Below are positions 1 to 9,139 of a stretch of 32,000 nucleotides of DNA, in pieces. Made by a program: the position numbers and the translations under genes. The DNA is from an uncultured Erysipelotrichaceae bacterium (GTDB taxonomy: Bacteria; Bacillota_I; Bacilli_A; Erysipelotrichales; Erysipelotrichaceae). The stretch's first letter is position 1. Every line of letters begins with the position of its first letter. The notes beneath the pieces are model-generated. The model did not search any database. It had not been told where the DNA came from and saw only the letters and a program-made list of their open reading frames with translations. The stretch covers positions 600,001 to 632,000 of the forward strand of contig OW818653.1 of NCBI GenBank assembly GCA_942492995.1, read 5' to 3'.

Positions 1-689
1 AAGCTACAAAAGCTTTACCTTTTATGCATCTTAATCGAAAAGAATATTTCGCATCATTAAAATTAGGAATAAAAACAAGTACAGGTGATATTTGGGGTGA
101 GACGATTGATACAGATCAAGTACCTGAAATAGATAAAGAATTAGTCATAAAAGTTCTAAATAGTTTTCTAGGTAAGACAATCCAGACTCCTCCAAAAGTT
201 TCAGCTATTTCAGTTAATGGTAAAAGATTATATGAATATGCTAGAAAAGACCAAGAAGTAGTGATTCCTAAACGAGAAATAGAAATATTCGAAATTGAAT
301 GTATTGGTGTAGATGAAGAAATTCATTTTAGAGTACAATGTTCAAGTGGGACATATATTAGAAGTTTATGCGAAGATATCGCTGAAAAACTTGGTACGAT
401 TGGTACGATGTCAAAATTGACACGAACGAGAATTGAATCGTTTGAATTAAAAGATGCTTATACAATTGAACAAATTAGAAATAAAGATTTTAAGTTCGGT
501 GATATTAGTAAAGCGTTGAATTATCCAATTATTCAAATTGAAGATCCAACTGATGTAAAAAATGGTAAGAAATTAGAATTAGATTCTGATGAGAAAGTAG
601 TTTTGTTAAAACATAATGAAGAAGTATTAGCGATATATGAGAAAGATGATGAACAACAAAATTATCGTTGTTTAAGAGGATTATGGTAG
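1..689 (+). CDS. truB: tRNA pseudouridine(55) synthase TruB, C-terminal part (5' end lies outside the window)
   Basis: The frame is open from base 3, upstream of the track's ATG at 24 (..ATKALPFMHLNRKEY..). TruB-type motifs are present: YxAxLKLGxxTxTGDxxGE, PPKVSAISVNGKRLYEYAR, SSGTYIRSL. ribF follows immediately, the usual truB-ribF pairing. Confidence 0.9.
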   Translation, partial: ATKALPFMHLNRKEYFASLKLGIKTSTGDIWGETIDTDQVPEIDKELVIKVLNSFLGKTIQTPPKVSAISVNGKRLYEYARKDQEVVIPKREIEIFEIECIGVDEEIHFRVQCSSGTYIRSLCEDIAEKLGTIGTMSKLTRTRIESFELKDAYTIEQIRNKDFKFGDISKALNYPIIQIEDPTDVKNGKKLELDSDEKVVLLKHNEEVLAIYEKDDEQQNYRCLRGLW

Positions 690-1619
690 ATGATAGAATT
701 AAAATTAACGCATGAAGATTTAAATTGGAACGAAGATTTGGCCGCATGTATTGGCTATTTTGATGGTTTTCATTTAGGACATCAGAGCTTATTTAATAAA
801 ACGTTAAATTTGGCTAAACAAAAATCGATAAAATCTGCACTTATATCATTTGATCCAGATCCATGGGTTGTTTTACATGGCGTACCAAACGCAAATCATT
901 TAACAACAATAGAAGATCGAAAACGATTAGCAGCAAAATTAGGGTTTGATGTTTGGATTAGTATTGAGTTTGATGAAAAAATGGCTAATCTTGAGCCAAA
1001 TGAATTTATTTCTAAATTAAAATCGATTTGTATTGTAGATTTAATTTGTGGTTTTGATTTTAGATTTGGGGCAAAAGGTTCTGGGAATATTCAGACATTA
1101 AACGATAATCAAGATGAACATTTTAAAATTCATATAATTGATGAATATCGTGTTGATCATGAAAAGGTAAGTAGTACGCGAATAAAGATAGCATTAAAGA
1201 ATGGCGATATGGAGTTAGTTAAACAACTATTAGGACGTTATTATGAATTAAACGGTGTTGTAGTAGGTGGTCGTCAAATAGGTCGTAAAATTGGTTATCC
1301 TACAGCGAACCTACAAATAAATTCAGAATATGTGTTACCAAAAATGGGTGTATATGCTGGTTATGTAGTGATTGATAGTTTACGTTATCAAGCAATGATA
1401 AGTATTGGATTGAATCCAACTGTAAAAGATGATCGGATTGTCTCAATTGAAGCACATATATTTGATTTCGATAAAGATATTTACAATCGTGAAGTAAATT
1501 TCGTATATGTAAATTATTTACGTCCTGAATTGAAGTTTAATTCATTAAATGGCTTAATTGCTCAGTTAAAAGATGATGAATTTGAATGTAGGAAGATTTT
1601 AAAAGACATAAATATTTAA
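690..1619 (+). CDS. ribF: Bifunctional riboflavin kinase / FAD synthetase
   Basis: 309 aa. N-terminal nucleotidyltransferase motif GYFDGFHLGHQ and C-terminal riboflavin kinase motif GGRQIGRKIGYPTANL. The ATG abuts the truB stop (TAG 687-689). Confidence 0.93.
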   Translation: MIELKLTHEDLNWNEDLAACIGYFDGFHLGHQSLFNKTLNLAKQKSIKSALISFDPDPWVVLHGVPNANHLTTIEDRKRLAAKLGFDVWISIEFDEKMANLEPNEFISKLKSICIVDLICGFDFRFGAKGSGNIQTLNDNQDEHFKIHIIDEYRVDHEKVSSTRIKIALKNGDMELVKQLLGRYYELNGVVVGGRQIGRKIGYPTANLQINSEYVLPKMGVYAGYVVIDSLRYQAMISIGLNPTVKDDRIVSIEAHIFDFDKDIYNREVNFVYVNYLRPELKFNSLNGLIAQLKDDEFECRKILKDINI

Positions 1620-1658
1620 TGTAAGAATGAAAATATCTGCAAATCTATGTAAAAATAC

Positions 1659-1686
1659 TTGCAATCACAATTTCTTTATGTATAAT
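1659..1686 (+). promoter_or_regulatory. Sigma-A type promoter of the T-box / ABC transporter operon
   Basis: -35 TTGCAA (1659-1664), 16-nt spacer, -10 TATAAT (1681-1686). It sits just upstream of T-box stem I. Confidence 0.6.
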
Positions 1687-1692
1687 GTGTTA

Positions 1693-1912
1693 ATAAGCGA
1701 TGAACAAAAGTAGTAATCGGTCAACTTATAACGAGCGACTTGTGTATGGTGTGAGACAAGATATAAGAACGATGAACGTGTTTGGGAGCTTATGATTCGA
1801 CGAAAGAAGGGTCATACGTAGCACAGCGTTAAGGTGTTGAGATGCTAGAATTTATTCTAGAATTAAGGTGGTACCGCGTTTCTATAACGTCCTTTGTTTG
1901 GGGCGTTTTTTT
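1693..1912 (+). promoter_or_regulatory. T-box leader (tRNA-sensing transcription attenuator), probable Arg specifier
   Basis: Stem I base has K-turn GCGATGA (1697-1703) with partner GGAGC (1785-1789). Specifier-loop S-turn AGTAGTA (1709-1715). AG-bulge/distal-loop motifs ACGAGCG and TGGTGTGAGA (1747-1756). Canonical T-box sequence AATTAAGGTGGTACCGCG (1861-1878) directly precedes a terminator hairpin. The 3' side of the specifier loop reads GAA-CGT-G (1774-1780). Confidence 0.88.
1886..1912 (+). terminator. Intrinsic terminator of the T-box expression platform
   Basis: Stem AACGTCC (1886-1892) pairs with GGGCGTT (1901-1907, one G-U pair). 8-nt loop, followed by a T-run through 1912. The 5' arm can alternatively pair with the T-box sequence to form the antiterminator. 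Confidence 0.8.
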
Positions 1913-1926
1913 GTTGGAGGAAAGAC

Positions 1927-2580
1927 ATGAAAGTAAATTTTGGAGCTATAGTAGAGTATATTCCATATCTCTTAGGAGGTATATTAGTTACGTTAGAGAT
2001 CGCGATTGCGGCCGCATTACTTGGATCTCTATTAGCATTGGTTTTTAGTTTATTAAGTCGTAAGAAGGGAATCCTTCAAACTGTGATTAAAGCATTTATT
2101 GATTTCTTTAGAGGGACGCCTTTATTGTTTCAATTAGCTTTCTTCCATTATGGGATACCTCAGATTACAGGTATTGTACCAACACCTTATGTATCAGCAT
2201 TAATCGTGTTCTCACTTAATTCAAGTGCTTACTTAGCTGAAATACTACGTGCAGGTATTGAAAGTATTGATAAAGGTCAAATTGAGGCCGCTCATGCATT
2301 AGGAGTTAAATCTTGGGATATTTCATTCAGTATTATTATTCCTCAAGCTTTACGTAATGTATTACCAGCTATTATGAATGAGTTTATTACTTTAGTTAAA
2401 GAAACATCTGTTGTATCAATGATTAGCTTGACAGACATTATGCGACGTCAACAAATCGTCAGTGCCGCAACATATCGATTCTTTGAACCATTATTGGTTA
2501 TCGGTGCCATCTATCTTGTTATGAATATTGTATTAAGTAATGTTGGAAAAGTTTTAGAAAGGAAGCTCAAATATGATTAA
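1927..2580 (+). CDS. Polar amino-acid ABC transporter permease (His/Glu/Gln/Arg family), probably arginine uptake
   Basis: 217 aa, multi-TM. EAA-type loop IDKGQIEAAHALG. The real start is ATG 1927 (MKVNFGAIVEY), 6 nt after GGAGG (1916-1920). The track's start at 1894 lies inside the T-box terminator. Confidence 0.9.
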   Translation: MKVNFGAIVEYIPYLLGGILVTLEIAIAAALLGSLLALVFSLLSRKKGILQTVIKAFIDFFRGTPLLFQLAFFHYGIPQITGIVPTPYVSALIVFSLNSSAYLAEILRAGIESIDKGQIEAAHALGVKSWDISFSIIIPQALRNVLPAIMNEFITLVKETSVVSMISLTDIMRRQQIVSAATYRFFEPLLVIGAIYLVMNIVLSNVGKVLERKLKYD

Positions 2581-3295
2581 GTTAGAAAACATAAGTAAGA
2601 AGTTTGATAACACGGTTGTTTTAAAAAATGTAAATGTTGAGTTTGAACCTGAAAAAACTTATGCCATTATTGGATCTAGTGGAGCTGGTAAAAGTACATT
2701 ATTAAGATGTATCAATCTACTTGAAAAGCCTACTACTGGAAAAGTTATTGTTGATGGAGTTGATTTAATCAATGATAAAGCATTACTCAATCCGATTCGT
2801 GAAAAGATTGGTATGGTATTCCAAAACTTTAATTTATTTGCGCATATGTCCGCAAAGAAAAATGTAATGTTTGCTTTATTAAAAGTCAAAAAGATGAGTA
2901 AGGATGAGGCAGAAGAAGAAGCTGTAAAACAACTTACTAATGTAGGTTTAGCACATCGTTTAGATAACTACCCACATCAATTATCCGGTGGTGAAAAACA
3001 ACGTGTAGCGATTGCTAGAGCTCTTGCGATGCATCCCAAAGCAATCTTATTTGATGAACCAACGAGTGCTCTTGATCCAGAAATGACTCAAGAAGTTCTA
3101 AAAGTTATAAAGTCATTAAATCATACAGGAATGACAAATATTATCGTAACGCATGAGATTAAATTTGCTCAAGAAGTAGCAGATGTCATAATATTTATGA
3201 ATAATGCTGAAATACTAGAAGTAACAAACACAAAAGAATTCTTTGAGAATCCAAAAACGGATCGTGCTAAAGAATTTTTATCGAATATGATTTAG
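2573..3295 (+). CDS. Polar amino-acid ABC transporter ATP-binding protein
   Basis: Walker A GSSGAGKST, signature LSGGEKQRVAIARAL, Walker B ILFDEPTSALD, H-loop VTHE. 8-nt overlap with the permease gene. Confidence 0.95.
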   Translation: MIKLENISKKFDNTVVLKNVNVEFEPEKTYAIIGSSGAGKSTLLRCINLLEKPTTGKVIVDGVDLINDKALLNPIREKIGMVFQNFNLFAHMSAKKNVMFALLKVKKMSKDEAEEEAVKQLTNVGLAHRLDNYPHQLSGGEKQRVAIARALAMHPKAILFDEPTSALDPEMTQEVLKVIKSLNHTGMTNIIVTHEIKFAQEVADVIIFMNNAEILEVTNTKEFFENPKTDRAKEFLSNMI

Positions 3296-3321
3296 ATAAT
3301 GAAAAATGAGAGGGAAAAAAC

Positions 3322-4068
3322 ATGAAAAAATTATCAATTTTATTTATATTAATCGCTTTATTTGTATCTGCATGTTCAGCACCAACTGATAAAGTAACTG
3401 TATTAACTTCACCAGATTATCCTCCGTATGAATCAATCGACCCTACAGGAAATTATGTTGGTTTCGATATTGAATTAATGGAAGCAATTGCTGAAATCGC
3501 AGGATTTGAAGTAGTTTGGAAAGAACAATCATTTGATGGAATTATTGCTGGATTGACAGCTGGTCAAGGTGACATGGCTATATCTGGTATGAATGTTAAT
3601 GAAGAACGTAAATTATCTGTAGACTTCTCTGATATCTACAAAGCTGGTGAAGCACTATACACTGCAGTTGTGTTAACTGAAAAAGGTTATGCAACTGTTG
3701 AAGATTTAACTGGATTAAAGATTGGTGTTCAAACAGGAACTGTACAAGAAGCAGCAATGAATTCAATTGCTGCAAAATATAACATTACTGTTGAATCGAG
3801 AACTTCTTTCTTAACAATCATTGAAGATATTAAATTAGGAAGACTTGATGCATTAGTTATCGATTATGAAAATGCAACCCAATATTCAATTGCTAATCCT
3901 GAACTAGGTGTATTCGTAATTGAAGACGCTGATATTGATGGTGATAGTGGAACTGCAATCGCATTCCCTAAAGGATCTGAATGGGTAGCGAAAGTTAATG
4001 AAGCGATCGCTCAACTTAAAGAAGATGGAACTTTAGAAGCATTAGATGCTAAATGGTTTGCTGAGTAA
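3322..4068 (+). CDS. Amino-acid ABC transporter substrate-binding lipoprotein (family 3 SBP)
   Basis: 248 aa. Signal peptide with lipobox LFVSAC. SBP_bac_3-like core (GFDIELMEAIA..., DMAISGM, ALDAKWF). SD GAGGG upstream. Confidence 0.9.
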   Translation: MKKLSILFILIALFVSACSAPTDKVTVLTSPDYPPYESIDPTGNYVGFDIELMEAIAEIAGFEVVWKEQSFDGIIAGLTAGQGDMAISGMNVNEERKLSVDFSDIYKAGEALYTAVVLTEKGYATVEDLTGLKIGVQTGTVQEAAMNSIAAKYNITVESRTSFLTIIEDIKLGRLDALVIDYENATQYSIANPELGVFVIEDADIDGDSGTAIAFPKGSEWVAKVNEAIAQLKEDGTLEALDAKWFAE

Positions 4069-4098
4069 TTGTTGAAATTGAAGGTCCTGTGTTATAAT
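4069..4098 (+). promoter_or_regulatory. Putative promoter for asp23-nusB-xseAB-ispA-dxs
   Basis: Extended -10 TGTTATAAT (4090-4098), with a weak -35-like TTGTTG (4069-4074, 18-nt spacer) or TTGAAA (4072-4077, 15-nt spacer). SD AGGAGA at 4104-4109. Confidence 0.5.
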
Positions 4099-4114
4099 GT
4101 TCTAGGAGAACACT

Positions 4115-4438
4115 ATGGCACAGGACTTTATTAAACTAACACACCCAGAACAATTAGGTTTTACTTCTATCAAGAAGGAAGTTTTTAATTCAATCGCATT
4201 CATTGCATGTCAAGATGAAAAACATGCAGTATGTGAAAAGAATTCATCCGTAACGAGTAAGATTACTGACAATCAATTATTAATTAAAATTGATGTTAAA
4301 ATACAATATGGTCAAAATGTAACTGATGTTTCAAATTCGATACAATCGAAGGTGACACAATCCATTGAACAAATGACTGGGCTTCTCTGCCGAAATGTTG
4401 ACGTAAATGTCATCGGCTTTGTTTTTAGCGCCCAATAG
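4115..4438 (+). CDS. Asp23/Gls24 (DUF322) family envelope-stress protein, YqhY-like
   Basis: 107 aa, with family-like features (IAxxAxxxxxGV-type N-terminus, C-terminal VDVNVIG). It lies immediately upstream of nusB, as yqhY does in B. subtilis. Confidence 0.75.
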   Translation: MAQDFIKLTHPEQLGFTSIKKEVFNSIAFIACQDEKHAVCEKNSSVTSKITDNQLLIKIDVKIQYGQNVTDVSNSIQSKVTQSIEQMTGLLCRNVDVNVIGFVFSAQ

Positions 4439-4450
4439 GGCGTTTTTCTT
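4427..4450 (+). terminator. Possible intrinsic terminator/attenuator between asp23 and nusB
   Basis: Hairpin AGCGCCC-AATA-GGGCGTT overlaps the TAG stop and is followed by TTTTCTTT. Confidence 0.5.
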
Positions 4451-4478
4451 TGATAATTGAGAAAGTGAGATTAATTTT

Positions 4479-4862
4479 ATGAACCGTCACATGCAGCGAC
4501 AAAAGGCAATTGAATGCTTATATATCCATTTATTATTGAATAAACCCTTGAGTTTAGTGATGGATGAGTATGAATTTGATATTAATCAAGATGAAGGGAA
4601 GTTTGTTCTTTTAAACCTTGAATTTATCGAAATAAATGAAGAAGTATTAATTGAAAAAATTAATCCATTTTTACAAACTGACTGGACATTTGAACGATTA
4701 GCTTATGTAGATCAAGCTATTTTACTTTTGGCTGTTTGCGAATTAGAGAGAAAGCTAAGTGAAAAAGCTATTGTTATCGATGAAGCGATTGAATTAGCAA
4801 AATTATATTCGGATGATGATGCATTCAAATATATAAATGCTGTTCTAGATAAATATGAGTAA
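4479..4862 (+). CDS. nusB: Transcription antitermination factor NusB
   Basis: 127 aa. NusB-like N-terminus (R..RQKAIECLY) and C-terminal AIELAKLYSDDDAFKYINAVLDK. Conserved position before xseA. Confidence 0.88.
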   Translation: MNRHMQRQKAIECLYIHLLLNKPLSLVMDEYEFDINQDEGKFVLLNLEFIEINEEVLIEKINPFLQTDWTFERLAYVDQAILLLAVCELERKLSEKAIVIDEAIELAKLYSDDDAFKYINAVLDKYE

Positions 4863-6186
4863 CAATGTTTGGTCTGTCTCATATCTTTTAAATACAATTA
4901 AGTCAACATTGGATCAAAATGTTTTATTAAAATCATTCTTGATTAAAGGTGAGATTTCTAATTTTACAGCGCATAGTTCAGGACATTGGTATTTTTCATT
5001 GAAAGATGAACAAGCTAGAATTAGTTGTGTAATGTTTCAGGGCTACACCAAGGATGTATTATTTAAACCGAAAAATGGAGATAAGGTATTAGTAAGAGGT
5101 GCAATTACTGTATACAATTTGCAAGGCCAAATCCAATGTTCGGTTTTTTCTATGCAAAATGATGGATTAGGTGATTTGTTTATACAGTATGAATTGTTAA
5201 AGAAGAAACTTTTTGATGAAGGTTTATTTGATACTAATCATAAGAAACAGTTACCAAAGTTTCCAGAATCAATTGGAATAATTACAGGTAACAATACAGC
5301 TGCGCTTCAAGATATATTAAAAACGATTCAACATAGATGGCCTATAATAGATGTGACGATATATCCAACACTTGTTCAAGGTGATTTAGCTTCGAATTCT
5401 ATTATAAAACAATTACTAAAAGCGGATAATCAACACGATGTATTAATCCTAGCAAGAGGTGGGGGATCAATTGAAGATTTGTGGGCATTTAATAATGAGA
5501 AATTAGCACGTATAATCTATCAATTAAATACACCAATAATTACGGGTGTAGGTCATGAAACTGACACAACGATTGTAGATATGGTTTCAGACTTTAGAGC
5601 TCCAACGCCTACAGCCGCAGCTCAGATTGCTGTACCGAGCTTAGAAGAAACGAAACGAATTATTCAACAAAACAAAATTGATCTAGTAAATAGTATTAGT
5701 CGTAAACTAGTAGTTAAAAAGAATAGTTTTGAACAAATTAAGCTGAATCGTTATTTTGTAGCTCCTCAGAACTTATGGCAACATCATCAATTAGAATTAT
5801 CAATTTTATCGAGCAAACTATCCCAACAAAACTTAGTTGTACAAAGATTAAAATCTAAGTTAAATCAATACCAAAGTACACTAAATCAATATGCACTAAC
5901 ATATACATCAGAATATAATCAAGAGATTAACGGATTAAAGTTACGTTTAGAACATTCATTGAAAAATAAAATTGATAAACAAAGCTATGAATTTAAGAAT
6001 ACGATTAATTTGTTGAATGCATACTCACCTTTAAATAGCTTAGCAAGAGGGTATAGTATTTCCAAACAAGATGAACATATATTAAAATTAGTTAATGATG
6101 TTGATTATAATAAAGAAATAGAAATAAGATTATACGATGGAATAATCAACGCAAAACCATTTAAAAAAGGAGAACATAATGAGTAA
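4855..6186 (+). CDS. xseA: Exodeoxyribonuclease VII large subunit
   Basis: 443 aa. N-terminal OB-fold (VKGEISNFTAHSSGHWYFSLKD), catalytic core ARGGGSIEDLWAFN and GVGHETDTTI. 8-nt overlap with nusB. Confidence 0.95.
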   Translation: MSNNVWSVSYLLNTIKSTLDQNVLLKSFLIKGEISNFTAHSSGHWYFSLKDEQARISCVMFQGYTKDVLFKPKNGDKVLVRGAITVYNLQGQIQCSVFSMQNDGLGDLFIQYELLKKKLFDEGLFDTNHKKQLPKFPESIGIITGNNTAALQDILKTIQHRWPIIDVTIYPTLVQGDLASNSIIKQLLKADNQHDVLILARGGGSIEDLWAFNNEKLARIIYQLNTPIITGVGHETDTTIVDMVSDFRAPTPTAAAQIAVPSLEETKRIIQQNKIDLVNSISRKLVVKKNSFEQIKLNRYFVAPQNLWQHHQLELSILSSKLSQQNLVVQRLKSKLNQYQSTLNQYALTYTSEYNQEINGLKLRLEHSLKNKIDKQSYEFKNTINLLNAYSPLNSLARGYSISKQDEHILKLVNDVDYNKEIEIRLYDGIINAKPFKKGEHNE

Positions 6187-6391
6187 AAATGTAAGTTTCG
6201 AACAAGCTATGATTCGATTATCAGAAATTATTGAATCATTGGAACGTAATGAAAAGGATTTAGAATCTTCAATAGAGTTATTTGAAGAAGGTTTAACCTT
6301 AGTAAAACAATGTGATAAACAATTAAAATCATTTGAAACAAAAGTTTCTGAATTAATGGTGAAATATAGCGATGACACAGAATCTAAATAG
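6179..6391 (+). CDS. xseB: Exodeoxyribonuclease VII small subunit
   Basis: 70 aa. Typical FEQAMxRLxEIIxxLE...LExSIxLFEEG helix hairpin. Overlaps xseA by 8 nt. Confidence 0.93.
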   Translation: MSKNVSFEQAMIRLSEIIESLERNEKDLESSIELFEEGLTLVKQCDKQLKSFETKVSELMVKYSDDTESK

Positions 6392-7235
6392 TTTTATTAA
6401 TGTATTTAATAGTAAGTTGGAACATTCACTTGATCATGTATCAGAGTCATTTGTTAAAGATGCGATGCAATATGCAATACTTTCAGAAGGGAAGAGATTA
6501 AGACCCTATTTAATCTATTGTGTATCTAATAGAGAAATGTCAGATTTATTGTTACTTGAAGTTGCCTCAACAATTGAAATGGTGCATACATATTCGTTAG
6601 TTCACGATGACTTACCAGCAATGGATAACGATGATTATAGAAGGGGTAGACTTACAACACATAAAGTGTTTGATGAGGCTACTGCTATTTTAGCGGGTGA
6701 TGCATTATTAACACATGCATTCACACTACTTTCTAGATTGAATCTTGATTCTTCAAGTAAAATTGAACTAATTGAAATTCTTTCAGAAGCATCTGGACCT
6801 GATGGTATGATTTTAGGGCAAGCACAAGATATGTTGAATGAAGTAAGTGCTGATTTATCGGTTGATGAACTAAACCGACTTTATGTAAATAAAACTGGAA
6901 AATTATTTGCAGCTTCTTTGAAAATGGGTAACATTCTAGCAGGAAAACCAATTGACCAAAAACTATTTGATTCGATTGGGCACAAATTAGGAATTGTTTT
7001 TCAAGTCCAAGACGATTATTTAGAACAAACTCAATCATCTGAACAACTTGGAAAATCAAATAAAAGTGATTTGAATAATAATAAAAATACTGTAGTTTTG
7101 AGATTAGGTTTAGACGAGTCAAAACAATTAATTTCCAATTTATATGATGAGCTCAATCGTGATATAATAAACCTGTCGCAAAATTATCCTAATCTAATAG
7201 GAATCATAAATTGGATGAAAGATCGAAATAAATAA
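6372..7235 (+). CDS. ispA: (2E,6E)-farnesyl diphosphate synthase / short-chain polyprenyl synthase
   Basis: 287 aa. First Asp-rich motif DDLPAMDNDDYRRG. The second motif reads FQVQDDYLE. Position between xseB and dxs matches B. subtilis. Confidence 0.9.
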   Translation: MTQNLNSFINVFNSKLEHSLDHVSESFVKDAMQYAILSEGKRLRPYLIYCVSNREMSDLLLLEVASTIEMVHTYSLVHDDLPAMDNDDYRRGRLTTHKVFDEATAILAGDALLTHAFTLLSRLNLDSSSKIELIEILSEASGPDGMILGQAQDMLNEVSADLSVDELNRLYVNKTGKLFAASLKMGNILAGKPIDQKLFDSIGHKLGIVFQVQDDYLEQTQSSEQLGKSNKSDLNNNKNTVVLRLGLDESKQLISNLYDELNRDIINLSQNYPNLIGIINWMKDRNK

Positions 7236-7236
7236 T

Positions 7237-9102
7237 ATGATAAAAATTCATGATATAGATAATCCAGAGTTTCTTAAAAATTTAAGTATAAATGAGCTAA
7301 AACAACTATCAAAAGATATTCGTTCTTTTTTAATTGAAAATGTTTCTAAAACTGGAGGACATTTATCAAGTAATTTAGGTGTAGTCGAACTAAGTGTCGC
7401 ATTGCATTATTTGTTTGATTTTAAAGAAGATAAACTTGTGTTTGATGTAGGCCATCAATCGTATGTTCATAAAATTTTAACCGGTCGTGCTAAAGACTTT
7501 AATCGTTTAAGACAACTACATGGTTTATGTGGTTTTCAAAAAATGAGTGAAAGTGAATATGATGTATGGGAAGCTGGGCATGCTGGTACTTCTTTATCTG
7601 CCGCATTAGGAATGGTCATTGCACGTGATTATTCGAATGAGAAACATTCAGTTGTAGCGGTTGTTGGGGATGGTGCGATTCCAAATGGTATGTCATTTGA
7701 AGCTTTAAATCATATTGGTGAATTAAAGAGCAATTTAATTGTTATCTTGAATGATAATAATATGTCTATTTCACAAAATGTTGGGGCTTTATCGCATACA
7801 ATTGCACGATTAAGAAATAGTAAGCCTTATGTTAGTGTTAAACATGATATGAAGGAAGTTCTAAATAAAAATATTGTAGGTTCAACTGTTTTAAAAGGTA
7901 TGCGAGCAGTCAAAGATTCAATTAAACGTTCAGTTGTTAGACCTTCCATATTTACTGATATGGGATTAGAATACTTAGGTCCTGTTGATGGACATAATTT
8001 TCATGAATTGTTTAACGCCTTGCAAACAGCTAAAGAACATGATGGACCAGTTTTAGTCCATGTAATTACTACAAAAGGAAAAGGATTTAGTTTGTCAGAG
8101 AATGATCGTAATGGTCGTTGGCATGGTGTAAATCAATTTGATCCAGATACTGGGAATAATTTAGGTGAATTACCATCTAACCATTTATCCTGGTCTGAGA
8201 TTTATTCAGATACATTAATTAGATTAGCAAAAACTGATCCAAAAATTATGGTTTTAACACCTGCGATGTGCCAAGGAAGTAAACTTGAAAAGTTTTTTGC
8301 GTTATATCCAAATCGAAGTCTTGATTGTGGTATTGCGGAAGAACATGCGGCCACTCTTGCGTCATCTATGGCATTGAATGGACTTAAACCATTCTTATCA
8401 ATATATTCTACATTCTTACAGAGATCGTATGATCAAATAAATCATGATATTGCGCGTATGGAAAGTCCTGTAGTTATTGGGATTGATCGTAGTGGATTAG
8501 TTGGTGAAGACGGACCGACACACCATGGTGTATTTGATGTGGGTATTTTAAGACCTCTTCCTAATATGATTATTGCTCAGGCTAAAGATGCGGATGAAGC
8601 TCAAGATTTACTTTATACTGCATTCCAAATAAATAGACCTTATGCAATTCGGTATCCTCGTGGAAGTGCTGTCTTTAACGAAAAGACTAATCTGAATTTA
8701 ATTGAAACTGGAAGTTGGACAATACTTGGAAATTTAAATGATGCGAAAGTAATTGTTCTATCTTATGGTCCAGATGTAGATAAGATAAAAGATAAAGCTG
8801 ATTCGAATTTACTACCAATAGCGGTAATAAATGCACGATTCTTTAAGCCACTTGATGATAGTCTATTATTTAGATTAGTATCATTAAATAAACCATGTAT
8901 CGTATATGAAACAGATATGTTGAGTGGTGGACTAGGAACTGCGATACTTGAATGGTTAAATCAAAACAATGCAAGTTTGAATTTAAGACGCATTGGGATT
9001 AAAGATCATTTTGTAACACATGGTTCTTTACCAGAACTTAGAAAATATGAGAATATTGATATTAGTTCATTATTTAATTTAGTAAACCAATTATTAGCTT
9101 AG
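7237..9102 (+). CDS. dxs: 1-deoxy-D-xylulose-5-phosphate synthase
   Basis: 621 aa. TPP-binding GDGAIPNGMSFEALN...NDN, plus GHxxSxxSAALG and DRSGLVGEDGPTHHG motifs. Confidence 0.96.
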   Translation: MIKIHDIDNPEFLKNLSINELKQLSKDIRSFLIENVSKTGGHLSSNLGVVELSVALHYLFDFKEDKLVFDVGHQSYVHKILTGRAKDFNRLRQLHGLCGFQKMSESEYDVWEAGHAGTSLSAALGMVIARDYSNEKHSVVAVVGDGAIPNGMSFEALNHIGELKSNLIVILNDNNMSISQNVGALSHTIARLRNSKPYVSVKHDMKEVLNKNIVGSTVLKGMRAVKDSIKRSVVRPSIFTDMGLEYLGPVDGHNFHELFNALQTAKEHDGPVLVHVITTKGKGFSLSENDRNGRWHGVNQFDPDTGNNLGELPSNHLSWSEIYSDTLIRLAKTDPKIMVLTPAMCQGSKLEKFFALYPNRSLDCGIAEEHAATLASSMALNGLKPFLSIYSTFLQRSYDQINHDIARMESPVVIGIDRSGLVGEDGPTHHGVFDVGILRPLPNMIIAQAKDADEAQDLLYTAFQINRPYAIRYPRGSAVFNEKTNLNLIETGSWTILGNLNDAKVIVLSYGPDVDKIKDKADSNLLPIAVINARFFKPLDDSLLFRLVSLNKPCIVYETDMLSGGLGTAILEWLNQNNASLNLRRIGIKDHFVTHGSLPELRKYENIDISSLFNLVNQLLA

Positions 9103-9139
9103 GAATTAAGCAAACATTATCATATATATAGGTACTCCA

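Noticed and set aside
1842-2048. Track ORF of 68 aa, and the first 11 codons of the 1894 ORF
   Set aside because: They lie in the T-box leader and terminator. The permease has a proper GGAGG + ATG at 1927. These are artefacts of longest-ORF calling.
9103-9139. Looked for a LexA/Cheo box (GAAC-N4-GTTC) upstream of recN
   Set aside because: No match in the 37-nt intergenic region or the end of dxs. SOS control cannot be supported from the sequence.
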